A stretch of 64,000 nucleotides of DNA. Source: a virus. This document shows, piece after piece, positions 18,304-26,942 of this stretch (the first letter of the stretch is position 1; each line of letters opens with the position of its first letter). Below the pieces are notes generated by a model. The model ran no database searches and was not told where the DNA came from. It saw nothing but the letters and a program-made list of their open reading frames with translations. Made by a program: the position numbers and the translations under genes. The stretch lies in the IMG/VR virus record IMGVR_UViG_3300044991_002272; one strand, written 5' to 3'.

Positions 18304-18771
18304 CTATGACACAACCACAACCTCATCAAAGCCTTCGTCCTCAGTGGGTATCTCCAAGTGACTGGCCATGCCCTGGAGGATGTTCCAGGGAATATGCTTG
18401 CCTGGCCGGCTGGCGAGCCTGCGTTCCAGCTCCTTGGGCTCAGGAGTGGGAAAGAACACTGCCACCTTCCGGTAGGTGTTGGGCACAGAGGCCAGCTTAG
18501 CTGCACGGCTTTTGCTGGTCACATTGGTTTGATCCCAACAAATGTCGTTTCCATCCTTGATGGCCATGGCCAAATCAGCGTTCATGATGGAGCTAGCACG
18601 CTTCACAAAGCCCTTGAACACCTCGCTGTATGTTCGGCCTTGACGAGCTGCCTCAGCATCAATGTGCTGATCGGTGCTGATGATAGCAGTGTCTCGACCA
18701 AAGCCCTGCTGGTCAAGCCATGTGGACTTCCCGCTGCCAGGCACACCTACCAACATCCATAGAGTAGGCAT
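18304..18771 (-). CDS. P-loop kinase, AAA_33/polynucleotide-kinase type
   Basis: MLVGVPGSGKSTW, ISTD, WDQTN, LERRLASR. Confidence 0.85.
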   Translation of the reverse strand: MPTLWMLVGVPGSGKSTWLDQQGFGRDTAIISTDQHIDAEAARQGRTYSEVFKGFVKRASSIMNADLAMAIKDGNDICWDQTNVTSKSRAAKLASVPNTYRKVAVFFPTPEPKELERRLASRPGKHIPWNILQGMASHLEIPTEDEGFDEVVVVS

Positions 18772-18772
18772 C

Positions 18773-18955
18773 TTACATCTTCCCCACGCAGTAGGGCATA
18801 TAGCGGCGGTTGGTTCCAGCCTCAGCTTCGGCACGGTTCATGCCAGCCACAGTGGCCCGTTCGAACTCGCAGCCTTTGCTCACAGTGTCCAGGCGCCTGG
18901 GCTCAAAAGAAGGATCTCCTGTGAGCATGAGAGTTACGACGAGAATGTTACCCAT
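18773..18955 (-). CDS. Small hypothetical protein
   Basis: AGGA RBS; tightly packed in an operon. Confidence 0.5.
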   Translation of the reverse strand: MGNILVVTLMLTGDPSFEPRRLDTVSKGCEFERATVAGMNRAEAEAGTNRRYMPYCVGKM

Positions 18956-18969
18956 CTTGATTTCCTTTC

Positions 18970-19362
18970 TTATTCCGGCCAATTGTCAGCAAGCTGGCCC
19001 ACTCGGAAACTACCGTCTTTCATTTCCAGTAGGTTGAAGCCACAGTCACTCATCTCATCCAGCACCGCAAAATAGCGCATCTGTGAGACCTTGACGGCTG
19101 GCACAGTGTTGGTTGGTTCAACGTATTCATTTGGGGTGGAACCCTCAAGATACACTCCAATACTGGTGCCCTTGAAATAGTCATCCTCGTTAGGCGGGCG
19201 CGGCCCCAACATTTGCCAGTTGCTGGAATTTTCACAATAGCTTTGAAACTCCTGCATTTCATTGCCCTCAGCATGCTTACCGTAAGCTGTTTTCAGGATT
19301 TGCGGATTGCGCTTGAGGAACTCTGCGAGATAAGTCAGCGCAGCTTGATCGGTAGGTGTCAT
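18970..19362 (-). CDS. Hypothetical early protein
   Basis: Promoter TTGACG-N17-TAAAGT (19384-19412) and GCAAACAAGGAG leader. Confidence 0.7.
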   Translation of the reverse strand: MTPTDQAALTYLAEFLKRNPQILKTAYGKHAEGNEMQEFQSYCENSSNWQMLGPRPPNEDDYFKGTSIGVYLEGSTPNEYVEPTNTVPAVKVSQMRYFAVLDEMSDCGFNLLEMKDGSFRVGQLADNWPE

Positions 19363-19386
19363 GAATATTCTCCTTGTTTGCGCACT

Positions 19387-19665
19387 TTAGCGGTAACGTT
19401 GGCTTGCGTCAATCTCTTCTTGGGTGTAGCAACCGCCCATACGGTCTGGGTTGCGTTCCCAACTGCCGGCTGTGGTTGCCTCCTGCACCTGTTTGAGGTC
19501 AGTTAGGATGCGCTCCAGCTCACTGATGTTCACTCGGAGGAACTCTGACGTGACTCGCTCAGCCACCCCATCTCCGCCTGTGTAAAAGTTGATGCTGTCA
19601 AATAGCAAGCCGCGCTTGCCCAGGATGGTATTCTCAAGGTTGCGGATAACTTGGTCCAGTGTCAT
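19387..19665 (-). CDS. Hypothetical early protein
   Basis: 92 aa, AGGAG RBS. Confidence 0.65.
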   Translation of the reverse strand: MTLDQVIRNLENTILGKRGLLFDSINFYTGGDGVAERVTSEFLRVNISELERILTDLKQVQEATTAGSWERNPDRMGGCYTQEEIDASQRYR

Positions 19666-19666
19666 G

Positions 19667-19840
19667 CTAAATCTCCTTGGCCATCAGTGCCATCACGCCC
19701 GTGAAGCCATACATGGCAACGCCCCCTTGTTCTTGCTCAAAGAGATGGCGCACTTCGGTGGCCAGGTCCTCCTCGCTCATCTCATGCAGCCTGTCGTCAT
19801 CGCGGAGTGTGAACTCCACAGTCACCAGCACTCGCTTCAT
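19667..19840 (-). CDS. Small hypothetical early protein
   Basis: GAGG RBS before ATG 19840. Confidence 0.55.
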   Translation of the reverse strand: MKRVLVTVEFTLRDDDRLHEMSEEDLATEVRHLFEQEQGGVAMYGFTGVMALMAKEI

Positions 19841-19853
19841 TTCAATTTCTCCT

Positions 19854-20900
19854 CTAGCTTGCACGCTTGCACAGGGTTCGCTCAGCACGCTTGCGCCACG
19901 TCGTGGGCATCGCACGCTTTAGGTCAGCAGCTTTCACCACAGTTCGCAGATCAAAAAACTCAATGCGGTTCACATTTTCCAGCAGCCATGCCATGAGATC
20001 TGCAACGTCTGCCTTATTGAAATTGTAATCCCACAGCATGTCAGTGGTTTCAACAATGTTGCGAATATGGATCATACGCTCGCGCATGGTGTCGATCTTC
20101 AGGTCCAAATAATGAACTCGGCTAAGGATGGCCTGCAAGTGGTTAGCAATACGCGGGCTCTTGGGCTTGTCCCACTTGAGATTGGTAAGAAACACTACCG
20201 ACCCTTCAAATTCAAAGCTTGCGGGCACACCTTCCTTCTCCAAAATTGTGGTTTGTGTGCCCCAGTGGATGCGCCGAGTCTTCTTGCTGTCCAGTGCAGC
20301 CTTTAGGACATTCAAGCCGTCTTCGTCATACAAGATTCCATCGCAGTCATCTAGCACCAGCACGCTTCCTGCGCTGCTGTGACGATACAGCTTGCAATAC
20401 AGAGTAATGGCGCTGAGATTTCCTCGGATGATATCATACTTGGGCTCCACGCCCTGAAGCTTGCATTGCATCCCAACAGTTTCGTCCAGCACCGTCTCAA
20501 CAGTGTGGCTTTTGCCAATACCAGCAGGACCCGAGATGATCAAACCCTTGATCACACCCGTTGTGGTGGCCTCTGTCATCTCAGCCACAATCTCAAAAGT
20601 CTCTTTGAGATCCGCACCAATCTCTGCATCGGTTCGGGAGTCAGTTTCCTCAAAGCTCATAATATCAGGGTCAGCTTGCACTGCACCTTGGGCATCAATC
20701 ATCTGATAGCCGGTTGCGCTGACATAAATCCGGGCTTTACCATTCCGGGTACCTTCATGCCCACGACCATCTACAGTGATATAGGTGCCCCACTGATCAG
20801 TATTGAGATGGCCCAGCAGACGGAACACAGTTCCGTCAACGCTCACTCCCTGCCGTGTGTTTCCTTTGATCACACGCACAAAAGCGTTTTCCAGTTCCAT
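19854..20900 (-). CDS. AAA+ family P-loop ATPase
   Basis: GPAGIGKS, LVLDDCD, FLTN; own early promoter and leader. Confidence 0.8.
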   Translation of the reverse strand: MELENAFVRVIKGNTRQGVSVDGTVFRLLGHLNTDQWGTYITVDGRGHEGTRNGKARIYVSATGYQMIDAQGAVQADPDIMSFEETDSRTDAEIGADLKETFEIVAEMTEATTTGVIKGLIISGPAGIGKSHTVETVLDETVGMQCKLQGVEPKYDIIRGNLSAITLYCKLYRHSSAGSVLVLDDCDGILYDEDGLNVLKAALDSKKTRRIHWGTQTTILEKEGVPASFEFEGSVVFLTNLKWDKPKSPRIANHLQAILSRVHYLDLKIDTMRERMIHIRNIVETTDMLWDYNFNKADVADLMAWLLENVNRIEFFDLRTVVKAADLKRAMPTTWRKRAERTLCKRAS

Positions 20901-20981
20901 TGGTAGGCTCCTTGTTTGCCTCAGCAGTATAGCAGGGAGAAAAGGCAATGCAAGAGGTTTTCCTTGCATTGCCTCAAAAAG

Positions 20982-21218
20982 TTAAGCTTCCACTTGCCAC
21001 TCAATCAAGCTGTCGTTCCGCATGCTACGCCACTGGCCCTTGTCCATATCCCACAGCACAGTAACACCGTCATTGCGCTTGCGCTCACCAGTGGCTTTGC
21101 TTTCGTAGATGAAGCGGCTCGCGTCCGTTGTGGCACGCATCTTACGCACCGTTCCATCAACCTTCTTGAAGGTCACAACAACTACATTGTTCCGCAGTGC
21201 TGTAGTAAGCTTGTCCAT
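20982..21218 (-). CDS. WYL_2/DUF2693-like SH3-fold protein
   Basis: VTFKKVDGTVRKMRAT...WDMDKGQWRS; promoter TAGACA-N17-TATATT. Confidence 0.7.
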   Translation of the reverse strand: MDKLTTALRNNVVVVTFKKVDGTVRKMRATTDASRFIYESKATGERKRNDGVTVLWDMDKGQWRSMRNDSLIEWQVEA

Positions 21219-21366
21219 TTGCGTATGCTCCTTGTTTGCCCACGCAATATAGCTGTGTGATGCTGGCTTGTCTATGGAAAAAACCGTCTTATTTGGAGAA
21301 TTTTGGGCTTGACAGATGTCATTGGAGTCTTATGCTGGGGCATAAATGTGCAAGAGAGGGTAACAG

Positions 21367-21534
21367 ATGTTTTACGCAGTTGCATACCTAGTGGCAGCGG
21401 TCCTGGCAGCAGTTGGAGCGGTGGCTGTGTCGGTAATGTTTGAGTTGAGTTTTTTCTGGAGCTTTGTGGTGGGAGCATCCTGTGGTATGGTTGCTGGTTT
21501 GGTTTTTGATAAGGTTTTTCCATCAAAGGCTTGA
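21367..21534 (+). CDS. Small two-TM membrane protein (55 aa; not in the ORF track)
   Basis: MFYAVAYLVAAVLAAVGAVAVSVMFELSFFWSFVVGASCGMVAGLVFDKVFPSKA; promoter TTGACA-N16-TATGCT (21309-21336); GAGG RBS. Confidence 0.7.
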   Translation: MFYAVAYLVAAVLAAVGAVAVSVMFELSFFWSFVVGASCGMVAGLVFDKVFPSKA

Positions 21535-21579
21535 CCTCGTCAAAAAATCTGCTAAATTGCAATTGTTGCACGGAGAACA

Positions 21580-21852
21580 GTGATGCTTGTAAACACCAAG
21601 GACATGACTTACTGCCGCCAACTGCGTAGGTTTGTGGTGGAGGCCAGTCAGGTGGATCGCGGGGGCCACAGCTTCTGGTATGATGGCTTGCGTTTGGTGA
21701 GCCATCGCACTGGGAGTGAGGCAGAGTTCACAATCCAGCGCCGAGTTATGCACTATGGAGAGGTGACTGCTTGGGTGATGGCACCCAGCCCTAACACCCT
21801 CCAGCATATGCCTCAGCTGGCTGGCGTTACTGTTCACGTGCTCAACACTTGA
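21580..21852 (+). CDS. Hypothetical early protein
   Basis: Promoter TTGACC-N16-TAAATT (21531-21558); GGAG RBS. Confidence 0.7.
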   Translation: MMLVNTKDMTYCRQLRRFVVEASQVDRGGHSFWYDGLRLVSHRTGSEAEFTIQRRVMHYGEVTAWVMAPSPNTLQHMPQLAGVTVHVLNT

Positions 21853-21878
21853 CACACTAAACTGAAAGGACATACAAA

Positions 21879-22013
21879 ATGGCTCACGAATCTTCTGCTC
21901 AGCGTCTGCACCGGCTCCTGGTGATCCTCTCTGGGGGCGGAGCTGTTTCCGACTCTCTGCTTCGGCAGGTTGAACGGGAGGCTGCCCAGGAAGCTCAGCT
22001 GGCACGGACCTAA
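21879..22013 (+). CDS. Small early protein (44 aa; not in the ORF track)
   Basis: GAAAGGA RBS; MAHESSAQRLHRLLVILSGGGAVSDSLLRQVEREAAQEAQLART; fills the gap exactly. Confidence 0.65.
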   Translation: MAHESSAQRLHRLLVILSGGGAVSDSLLRQVEREAAQEAQLART

Positions 22014-22072
22014 ACTGGATTGACAGCGTCGCAAATTCAGCTACATTGCTGGGCAAACAAGGGACTGTGAGT

Positions 22073-22792
22073 ATGGATCGTTTGGCACAGATGACTCAAA
22101 AGGTGCACAGCCTTTTTGAGCTTGCTGATCAGCTATATGGCTTGAATTTGCGGCAGACTGCGATTCGCTTTGACCTTCGAGGGATGAAGGCTGGAAAGGC
22201 CTGCTGCCGGATTTGCCAGCGCACGTTTACTCGTAAGTATTCTGTGCATTTCAACCAACAGGTTATCCAAGGGTCTGAGTTTGATGATGTGCTACAAAAT
22301 GCCACAGCACATGAGGTGGCGCACATCGTGTGTTTCATGAACCCCAGTTTGGGCCGGGATCATGACCAGGGTTGGAAGAGGGTTTGTGTAGCACTGGGAG
22401 GTAATGGCAGCATCTACCACAGCTACAAAACCACATACTCTGGCGGAAACTACCACTACACTACCTCTACTGGGCAAGAAGTGGTGATCTCGGCTCATAG
22501 ACACACAAAGGTGCAGAAGGGCCATAAGTACCGATTCAAGGCCAAAGGGTGGATTGATCGGAGTTGCAATTGGCGTAAACAAATTATTCCAGGGATTGAT
22601 GTCTCTGGAAATACAACCACCAAGATCCCTTCTCAGAAGGATGGATCTTATGCGGCTAGGATCCGGGAATGGATCCGCACACATAAGCCCCAAGGTGCGT
22701 CTCAATCTGACATTATTCAAAAGGCTGTTGCTGCTGGTATGCGACTGAGTTCTGCCCGGTCAGCAGTTTTGACCTTTTGGGATAAGGTGTAA
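22073..22792 (+). CDS. SprT-like zinc metalloprotease
   Basis: HEVAH, HDQGWK; promoter TTGACA-N16-TACATT with GCAAACAAGG leader. Confidence 0.85.
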   Translation: MDRLAQMTQKVHSLFELADQLYGLNLRQTAIRFDLRGMKAGKACCRICQRTFTRKYSVHFNQQVIQGSEFDDVLQNATAHEVAHIVCFMNPSLGRDHDQGWKRVCVALGGNGSIYHSYKTTYSGGNYHYTTSTGQEVVISAHRHTKVQKGHKYRFKAKGWIDRSCNWRKQIIPGIDVSGNTTTKIPSQKDGSYAARIREWIRTHKPQGASQSDIIQKAVAAGMRLSSARSAVLTFWDKV

Positions 22793-23605
22793 TTACCTCT
22801 GAGGCAAAGTACAAGCTGCTTGCCGAGCCTCACTTACAGATCGAACAGGAAGTAAGAAGGGTTTAGCAGTTTTATCGCCTGGCATGGGAATTTCATATCC
22901 CACAAGAGATTCCAGTTCAACTACTGTGACCTGGAAGCTTTTGAGTTCTGTAGAGATGTTGGGTTGATTGGGAAAAAGAAAAGCCCACGCCTCGCCAGTG
23001 CGATGGCTTACAACAACCTTCCAGAGGCTGTTGGGCACTACTACTGCATTGCGGCCAATGGTTTTGGCAGTCATCACATCATAAATGTTTCCGCTGTAAA
23101 CGGTATAGGTATCATTAGTCTGTTGGGTCCATCCTCTGATACCAGTCTCTAGAGTTTTCCACGCACCACGGTTTACATTAGCCAATTGCGGGCTCATATT
23201 GCTGAGAATGAAGCTCTCACGCTCAGCAGTAACACTCCACAACATATCGGCTGAATTCACCATGTGACCAGTGTCATATCCTGATTGTCGATAGTCGCCC
23301 AATTCAGCTCGCTCACCACGAGGCAAGCTTTGGTCTGGAGAGAATGCATCACTTCTCTTTCCACACCCCATGGCCTTTTCAGGCGTAATCGTATAGACAG
23401 TCCATAATGGTATCTTTGCCCTATTGTCGTGCAATAACGCATAAGCCATGCGACAGATGGGTTGGCCAGTGGGTAAATTGGCAGTGGGAAACCCCCACGG
23501 CGCTTCTGATTGACAAGCCTCCATAGGCCTTGGCGGCGTTTGTTGAGCATAGGCATCACTAAGTGAGAATATAAGAGCTGAGATAGCAAAAAATAATTTG
23601 ATCAT
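22793..23605 (-). CDS. Secreted sugar-nonspecific DNA/RNA endonuclease (NucA/Endonuclease_NS)
   Basis: Signal peptide ending AYA; YDTGHM, NMSPQ, NRGAW. Confidence 0.88.
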   Translation of the reverse strand: MIKLFFAISALIFSLSDAYAQQTPPRPMEACQSEAPWGFPTANLPTGQPICRMAYALLHDNRAKIPLWTVYTITPEKAMGCGKRSDAFSPDQSLPRGERAELGDYRQSGYDTGHMVNSADMLWSVTAERESFILSNMSPQLANVNRGAWKTLETGIRGWTQQTNDTYTVYSGNIYDVMTAKTIGRNAVVVPNSLWKVVVSHRTGEAWAFLFPNQPNISTELKSFQVTVVELESLVGYEIPMPGDKTAKPFLLPVRSVSEARQAACTLPQR

Positions 23606-23663
23606 GCAGGGAGTGTAATGGTTTCAATAGACAAACCCAAAATAGATCTTTCATAATTTTCAT

Positions 23664-23975
23664 ATGAACAAAGTTTTGATGTTTGATAACCCAAATGATT
23701 TTTTGACCCATTTGAAGAACTCATTAGAGAAGGAAAACACACTGTCCCAGACTGAATTGATCAGCTTACTAAAAGGCAGTGTGAGTGCTTTAGAGCAGCT
23801 TTGGACAAGTCAAAATATCTTGGTCACCAAAATGGCAGAAACTGTTGACTGTCTCAACAGGCATGATGAAAGCTGGGGCCATAAGCTAGCCCAGCTCTAC
23901 ACTGTGTTGGAATGTGGCCAAGTATCTCCAGATGAGATGGAACAGATCTTGCGGGATGAAGTCTGTGGGAGTTAG
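23664..23975 (+). CDS. Hypothetical protein
   Basis: 103-aa ORF. Confidence 0.55.
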   Translation: MNKVLMFDNPNDFLTHLKNSLEKENTLSQTELISLLKGSVSALEQLWTSQNILVTKMAETVDCLNRHDESWGHKLAQLYTVLECGQVSPDEMEQILRDEVCGS

Positions 23976-24424
23976 AGCGCAATATCATTCATACCCACAG
24001 ACCTAAGGCGTATGATATTGTTAAGTTGAAAACCCTTGATCTCCATTGACTTGATTACACCAAGATACTTGTTGCGAATCAATGCCACCTCATTCACTAG
24101 ACTCATCATTGTTTGAACATCAGCCTCGCCATCAATGTATTTTTCAATGGCGCGGTCACTCAATTCTCTGTTGTAGCGTTCGAGATAGCGACGATAAAAG
24201 TCGCTTCTCATTTTGTCCACTTGGTTGTTGAGATGTTTCAACACAGCCTCAATCTCTTGCAGTTGACTGAAACGCCAACTTACCTGACCTGGCAGCTCTT
24301 GACTGTTTTTTTCAAGGCTGCCAAAAACCTTGCACTCTTTTTGAGCAACCTCGAGCTCATTGTTGTAGTAGTCCACCATATCAGGAATTTGCGATAGGTC
24401 GTTTTTTACTCTGTTAAACCACAT
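23972..24424 (-). CDS. uvsY: UvsY-like recombination mediator
   Basis: Helical; AIEKYIDGE...KGFQLNNIIRLRSVGM matches the UvsY C-terminus. Confidence 0.8.
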   Translation of the reverse strand: MWFNRVKNDLSQIPDMVDYYNNELEVAQKECKVFGSLEKNSQELPGQVSWRFSQLQEIEAVLKHLNNQVDKMRSDFYRRYLERYNRELSDRAIEKYIDGEADVQTMMSLVNEVALIRNKYLGVIKSMEIKGFQLNNIIRLRSVGMNDIAL

Positions 24425-24435
24425 GACAATTGATA

Positions 24436-24654
24436 CTAGCAGTCGTCGTCTACGTCAACATCTCCATAGAGTTCATCAAGGGCAGAATCAAGGCTGTCAT
24501 CTGCACCACGCAGTGAGTCAAGATCATGAATCTCCACATCATTTTCTTCAAAAACACTGATGAATTCCAGTGCCACATCGTCTCGCTTGCCAGCTGGAAT
24601 CAAGTCCTTGACTGTTTCCCAAAGCTCTGCAATTAGTTTTGCATCAATTTCCAT
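24436..24654 (-). CDS. Small acidic hypothetical protein
   Basis: GGAG RBS; TAAATA upstream. Confidence 0.65.
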   Translation of the reverse strand: MEIDAKLIAELWETVKDLIPAGKRDDVALEFISVFEENDVEIHDLDSLRGADDSLDSALDELYGDVDVDDDC

Positions 24655-24693
24655 TAGTTTGATCTCCACAAAAAATCTGGGGTTATTTAAAGG

Positions 24694-25539
24694 TTACTTG
24701 GGTACAAATTGGCCGCAACTTGCATATACGTCTTGACCAACTTTCGGAATAATCTTACAGGGCATATATTGCTGGATTTGTGCAGCTATGTCATCCACCC
24801 GTAGACTTTCTTCACCCTGTTGACTGCTATAGGGATTGTATCTCACAATGTTGAACTCACTGTGAAAACCATAAGTTTGAATCAAGTTCATCATCTGTGC
24901 AATATCTTCTTCACTGTCGTTTTCACCGCGTATAAATGCTGAATGAAACTTAACTATCTTTTTGGAAACTTTTTGATATTCCTTCAGATTATCCAGGGCA
25001 CGCTCTACTGGCATCGCTGCTGGTAACCATTTGTTTCTAAATGAAGAATTTACTGAATAAATGCTAAAATAAATTGTGGGCCCAATAATAGGAAACACAT
25101 CACACAAGCTTTTTTTCAAAGTCACTGGCATAATAGTGCTGATATTGAACTTGGGTCGTAGAGAATGATCCTGTGCCCTATTGCCCAGTCGCCAAAGAAG
25201 TTCTGCGCCAGTGTTGATAATTGTGGGATTGGCAAGTGGCTCTCCCCGGGCCATGAAATTCAAGTGCACTGTTTGCGCAGGAGTGTCTTTTTCATAATGA
25301 GACAATACAGTTTCAAACTGACTGACAAAATTACTTTGGTCCAGATTCGAAAATTGTGTTTGTTTGGTTGCAGTGAGATGACACATTTGGCATCCACGGT
25401 TACAGCCAGTTTGTGAACTGAGATACGCGATGAAATAGTCAGCTTGACGTCTTACATAACGCGACTCAATAAATCCTGTCAGCTGTTGCTCAACAAAATT
25501 TACACTCGCATCCAGTTGCGAGTTGATCTGTTGTAACAT
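24694..25539 (-). CDS. RlmN/Cfr-family radical SAM enzyme, lacking the N-terminal domain and the C118-equivalent
   Basis: SSQTGCNRGCQMC, FMARGEP, GEND, DVYASCGQF. Confidence 0.85.
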   Translation of the reverse strand: MLQQINSQLDASVNFVEQQLTGFIESRYVRRQADYFIAYLSSQTGCNRGCQMCHLTATKQTQFSNLDQSNFVSQFETVLSHYEKDTPAQTVHLNFMARGEPLANPTIINTGAELLWRLGNRAQDHSLRPKFNISTIMPVTLKKSLCDVFPIIGPTIYFSIYSVNSSFRNKWLPAAMPVERALDNLKEYQKVSKKIVKFHSAFIRGENDSEEDIAQMMNLIQTYGFHSEFNIVRYNPYSSQQGEESLRVDDIAAQIQQYMPCKIIPKVGQDVYASCGQFVPK

Positions 25540-25556
25540 ACGTTGAAACTTTCTGG

Positions 25557-25748
25557 TTAACGGGATTTGGGCGAAGGTAGTTTTTTTTGACCAAAGTTAC
25601 AATGTTTTTGTACCACTGGGTCATACTTCTTCAGACGCAACTTTTCACTAGACTTTGCACCTTTTGTAGTAACATGCGTCATGTATTTGGTTGGTGTATC
25701 ATGGTCTTGATTTACCAACATTACAATTACGGTTGCTGCTTTTGCCAT
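25557..25748 (-). CDS. rpmG: 50S ribosomal protein bL33 homologue (Zn-free type)
   Basis: 63 aa, MAK start, KLRLKKYDPVVQKH signature; AGGAG RBS; TATAAT upstream. Confidence 0.85.
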   Translation of the reverse strand: MAKAATVIVMLVNQDHDTPTKYMTHVTTKGAKSSEKLRLKKYDPVVQKHCNFGQKKLPSPKSR

Positions 25749-25847
25749 CCTGTGTCTCCTGCTATGCGTGATTATATATGGCAATCAGCTCAAAACAATG
25801 AAAGCGGGACATTTTGTCCCGCTCTTTGCACTGCTATGTATTGGAAG

Positions 25848-26942
25848 TTATGATAGATCTTCTTCAGGCTCTTGAACTTCAATATCTTCTAACACAGGGG
25901 CAATTTTGCTTAGCTTCTGATGGAACTCATTCATTATTTGATCAAGACATCCATCTTCATTGCGATCCCAAGCTTTTTCAAACTGCTTGATCTGTGTGCC
26001 ATCCAAACGAGTGTAACACCACTTGTTTCCTTCTTTGACTAACAACCCTTTCTGAACAAACAGGTCATACAAGCCACTGTAGGGGTCCATGCCTCGGTCG
26101 TATGGGATTTTAACCTCAACAGTCTCAAAGGGTTTGTTATATCGCGTCTTCATTACACGACATTGAGCACGGATACCTTTGACGTCCGTTGTCTTGTTGC
26201 CCATCTCATCTTCCTTGAGCTTGAGCTTGCGCATAGCCAACACAATGCTGCTGGCGTAGATGGGGCCTTGCCCACCACTAATGACATCATCTGGATTGAA
26301 CATGTCTTGGCTTGCATAACTGTGGTTTGTGCAAATCATGCCGATATCATATTCACCAAACATGTTAACACAATTTCGCACAAGCGCAGCAAGTGCACGC
26401 GGCTTGCGCCCCATATCACCCTTGAGCTCACCAGCCTCAAATTGATTGACATCAGTTGGAGTTAGGAGCATGCCTAAACTGTCAATCACAAAGAGCACGC
26501 GAGGGCGTTCTTCCTCACTCACGCTGTTGTAACGAGCTTTGTAGTCCTTCATGAAATCTGAGATCAACTTGGCAACATCATCAATCATTGCCAAGTTTGC
26601 CTTCAAAAGCTTGTCCTCAGATGTATCTACATCTAGCGCCTTTAGCCATTTTTCATCTAGTGCATTCTCACTGTCGATCAACACCACAAACACATCTTTT
26701 TTCTGTGCATTAGAGGTTAAGTTTCCTGCTGCTAAAAAGCTCTTGCCACTGCCACTTTGTCCAGCCAGCATTGTTACTTTGCCTAGCGGGATGCCACCGT
26801 CACGGAATCTACCAGAGATAGCATAATTGAGTGCATAGTTGCCTGTTGAGATCCATACCTTGGGATCGCGAAAGCCAACTGATAGTCCAGGAATGCTCTT
26901 GGCAATATCTTTTCTAAATCGGGATAAATCTAAAGGTTTCAT
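25848..26942 (-). CDS. uvsX: UvsX/RecA recombinase
   Basis: STGNYALN, GQSGSGKS, VIDSLG, TNHSY, SGGQG. Confidence 0.95.
   Translation of the reverse strand: MKPLDLSRFRKDIAKSIPGLSVGFRDPKVWISTGNYALNYAISGRFRDGGIPLGKVTMLAGQSGSGKSFLAAGNLTSNAQKKDVFVVLIDSENALDEKWLKALDVDTSEDKLLKANLAMIDDVAKLISDFMKDYKARYNSVSEEERPRVLFVIDSLGMLLTPTDVNQFEAGELKGDMGRKPRALAALVRNCVNMFGEYDIGMICTNHSYASQDMFNPDDVISGGQGPIYASSIVLAMRKLKLKEDEMGNKTTDVKGIRAQCRVMKTRYNKPFETVEVKIPYDRGMDPYSGLYDLFVQKGLLVKEGNKWCYTRLDGTQIKQFEKAWDRNEDGCLDQIMNEFHQKLSKIAPVLEDIEVQEPEEDLS

Noticed and set aside
21272-21571. 99-aa Gln/Pro-rich minus-strand ORF
   Set aside because: Antisense shadow of the 21367-21534 membrane gene; it also runs over two plus-strand promoters.
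24694-25539. Cfr antibiotic-resistance gene
   Set aside because: Family-level similarity only; the C118/C105-equivalent is missing, so resistance cannot be claimed.
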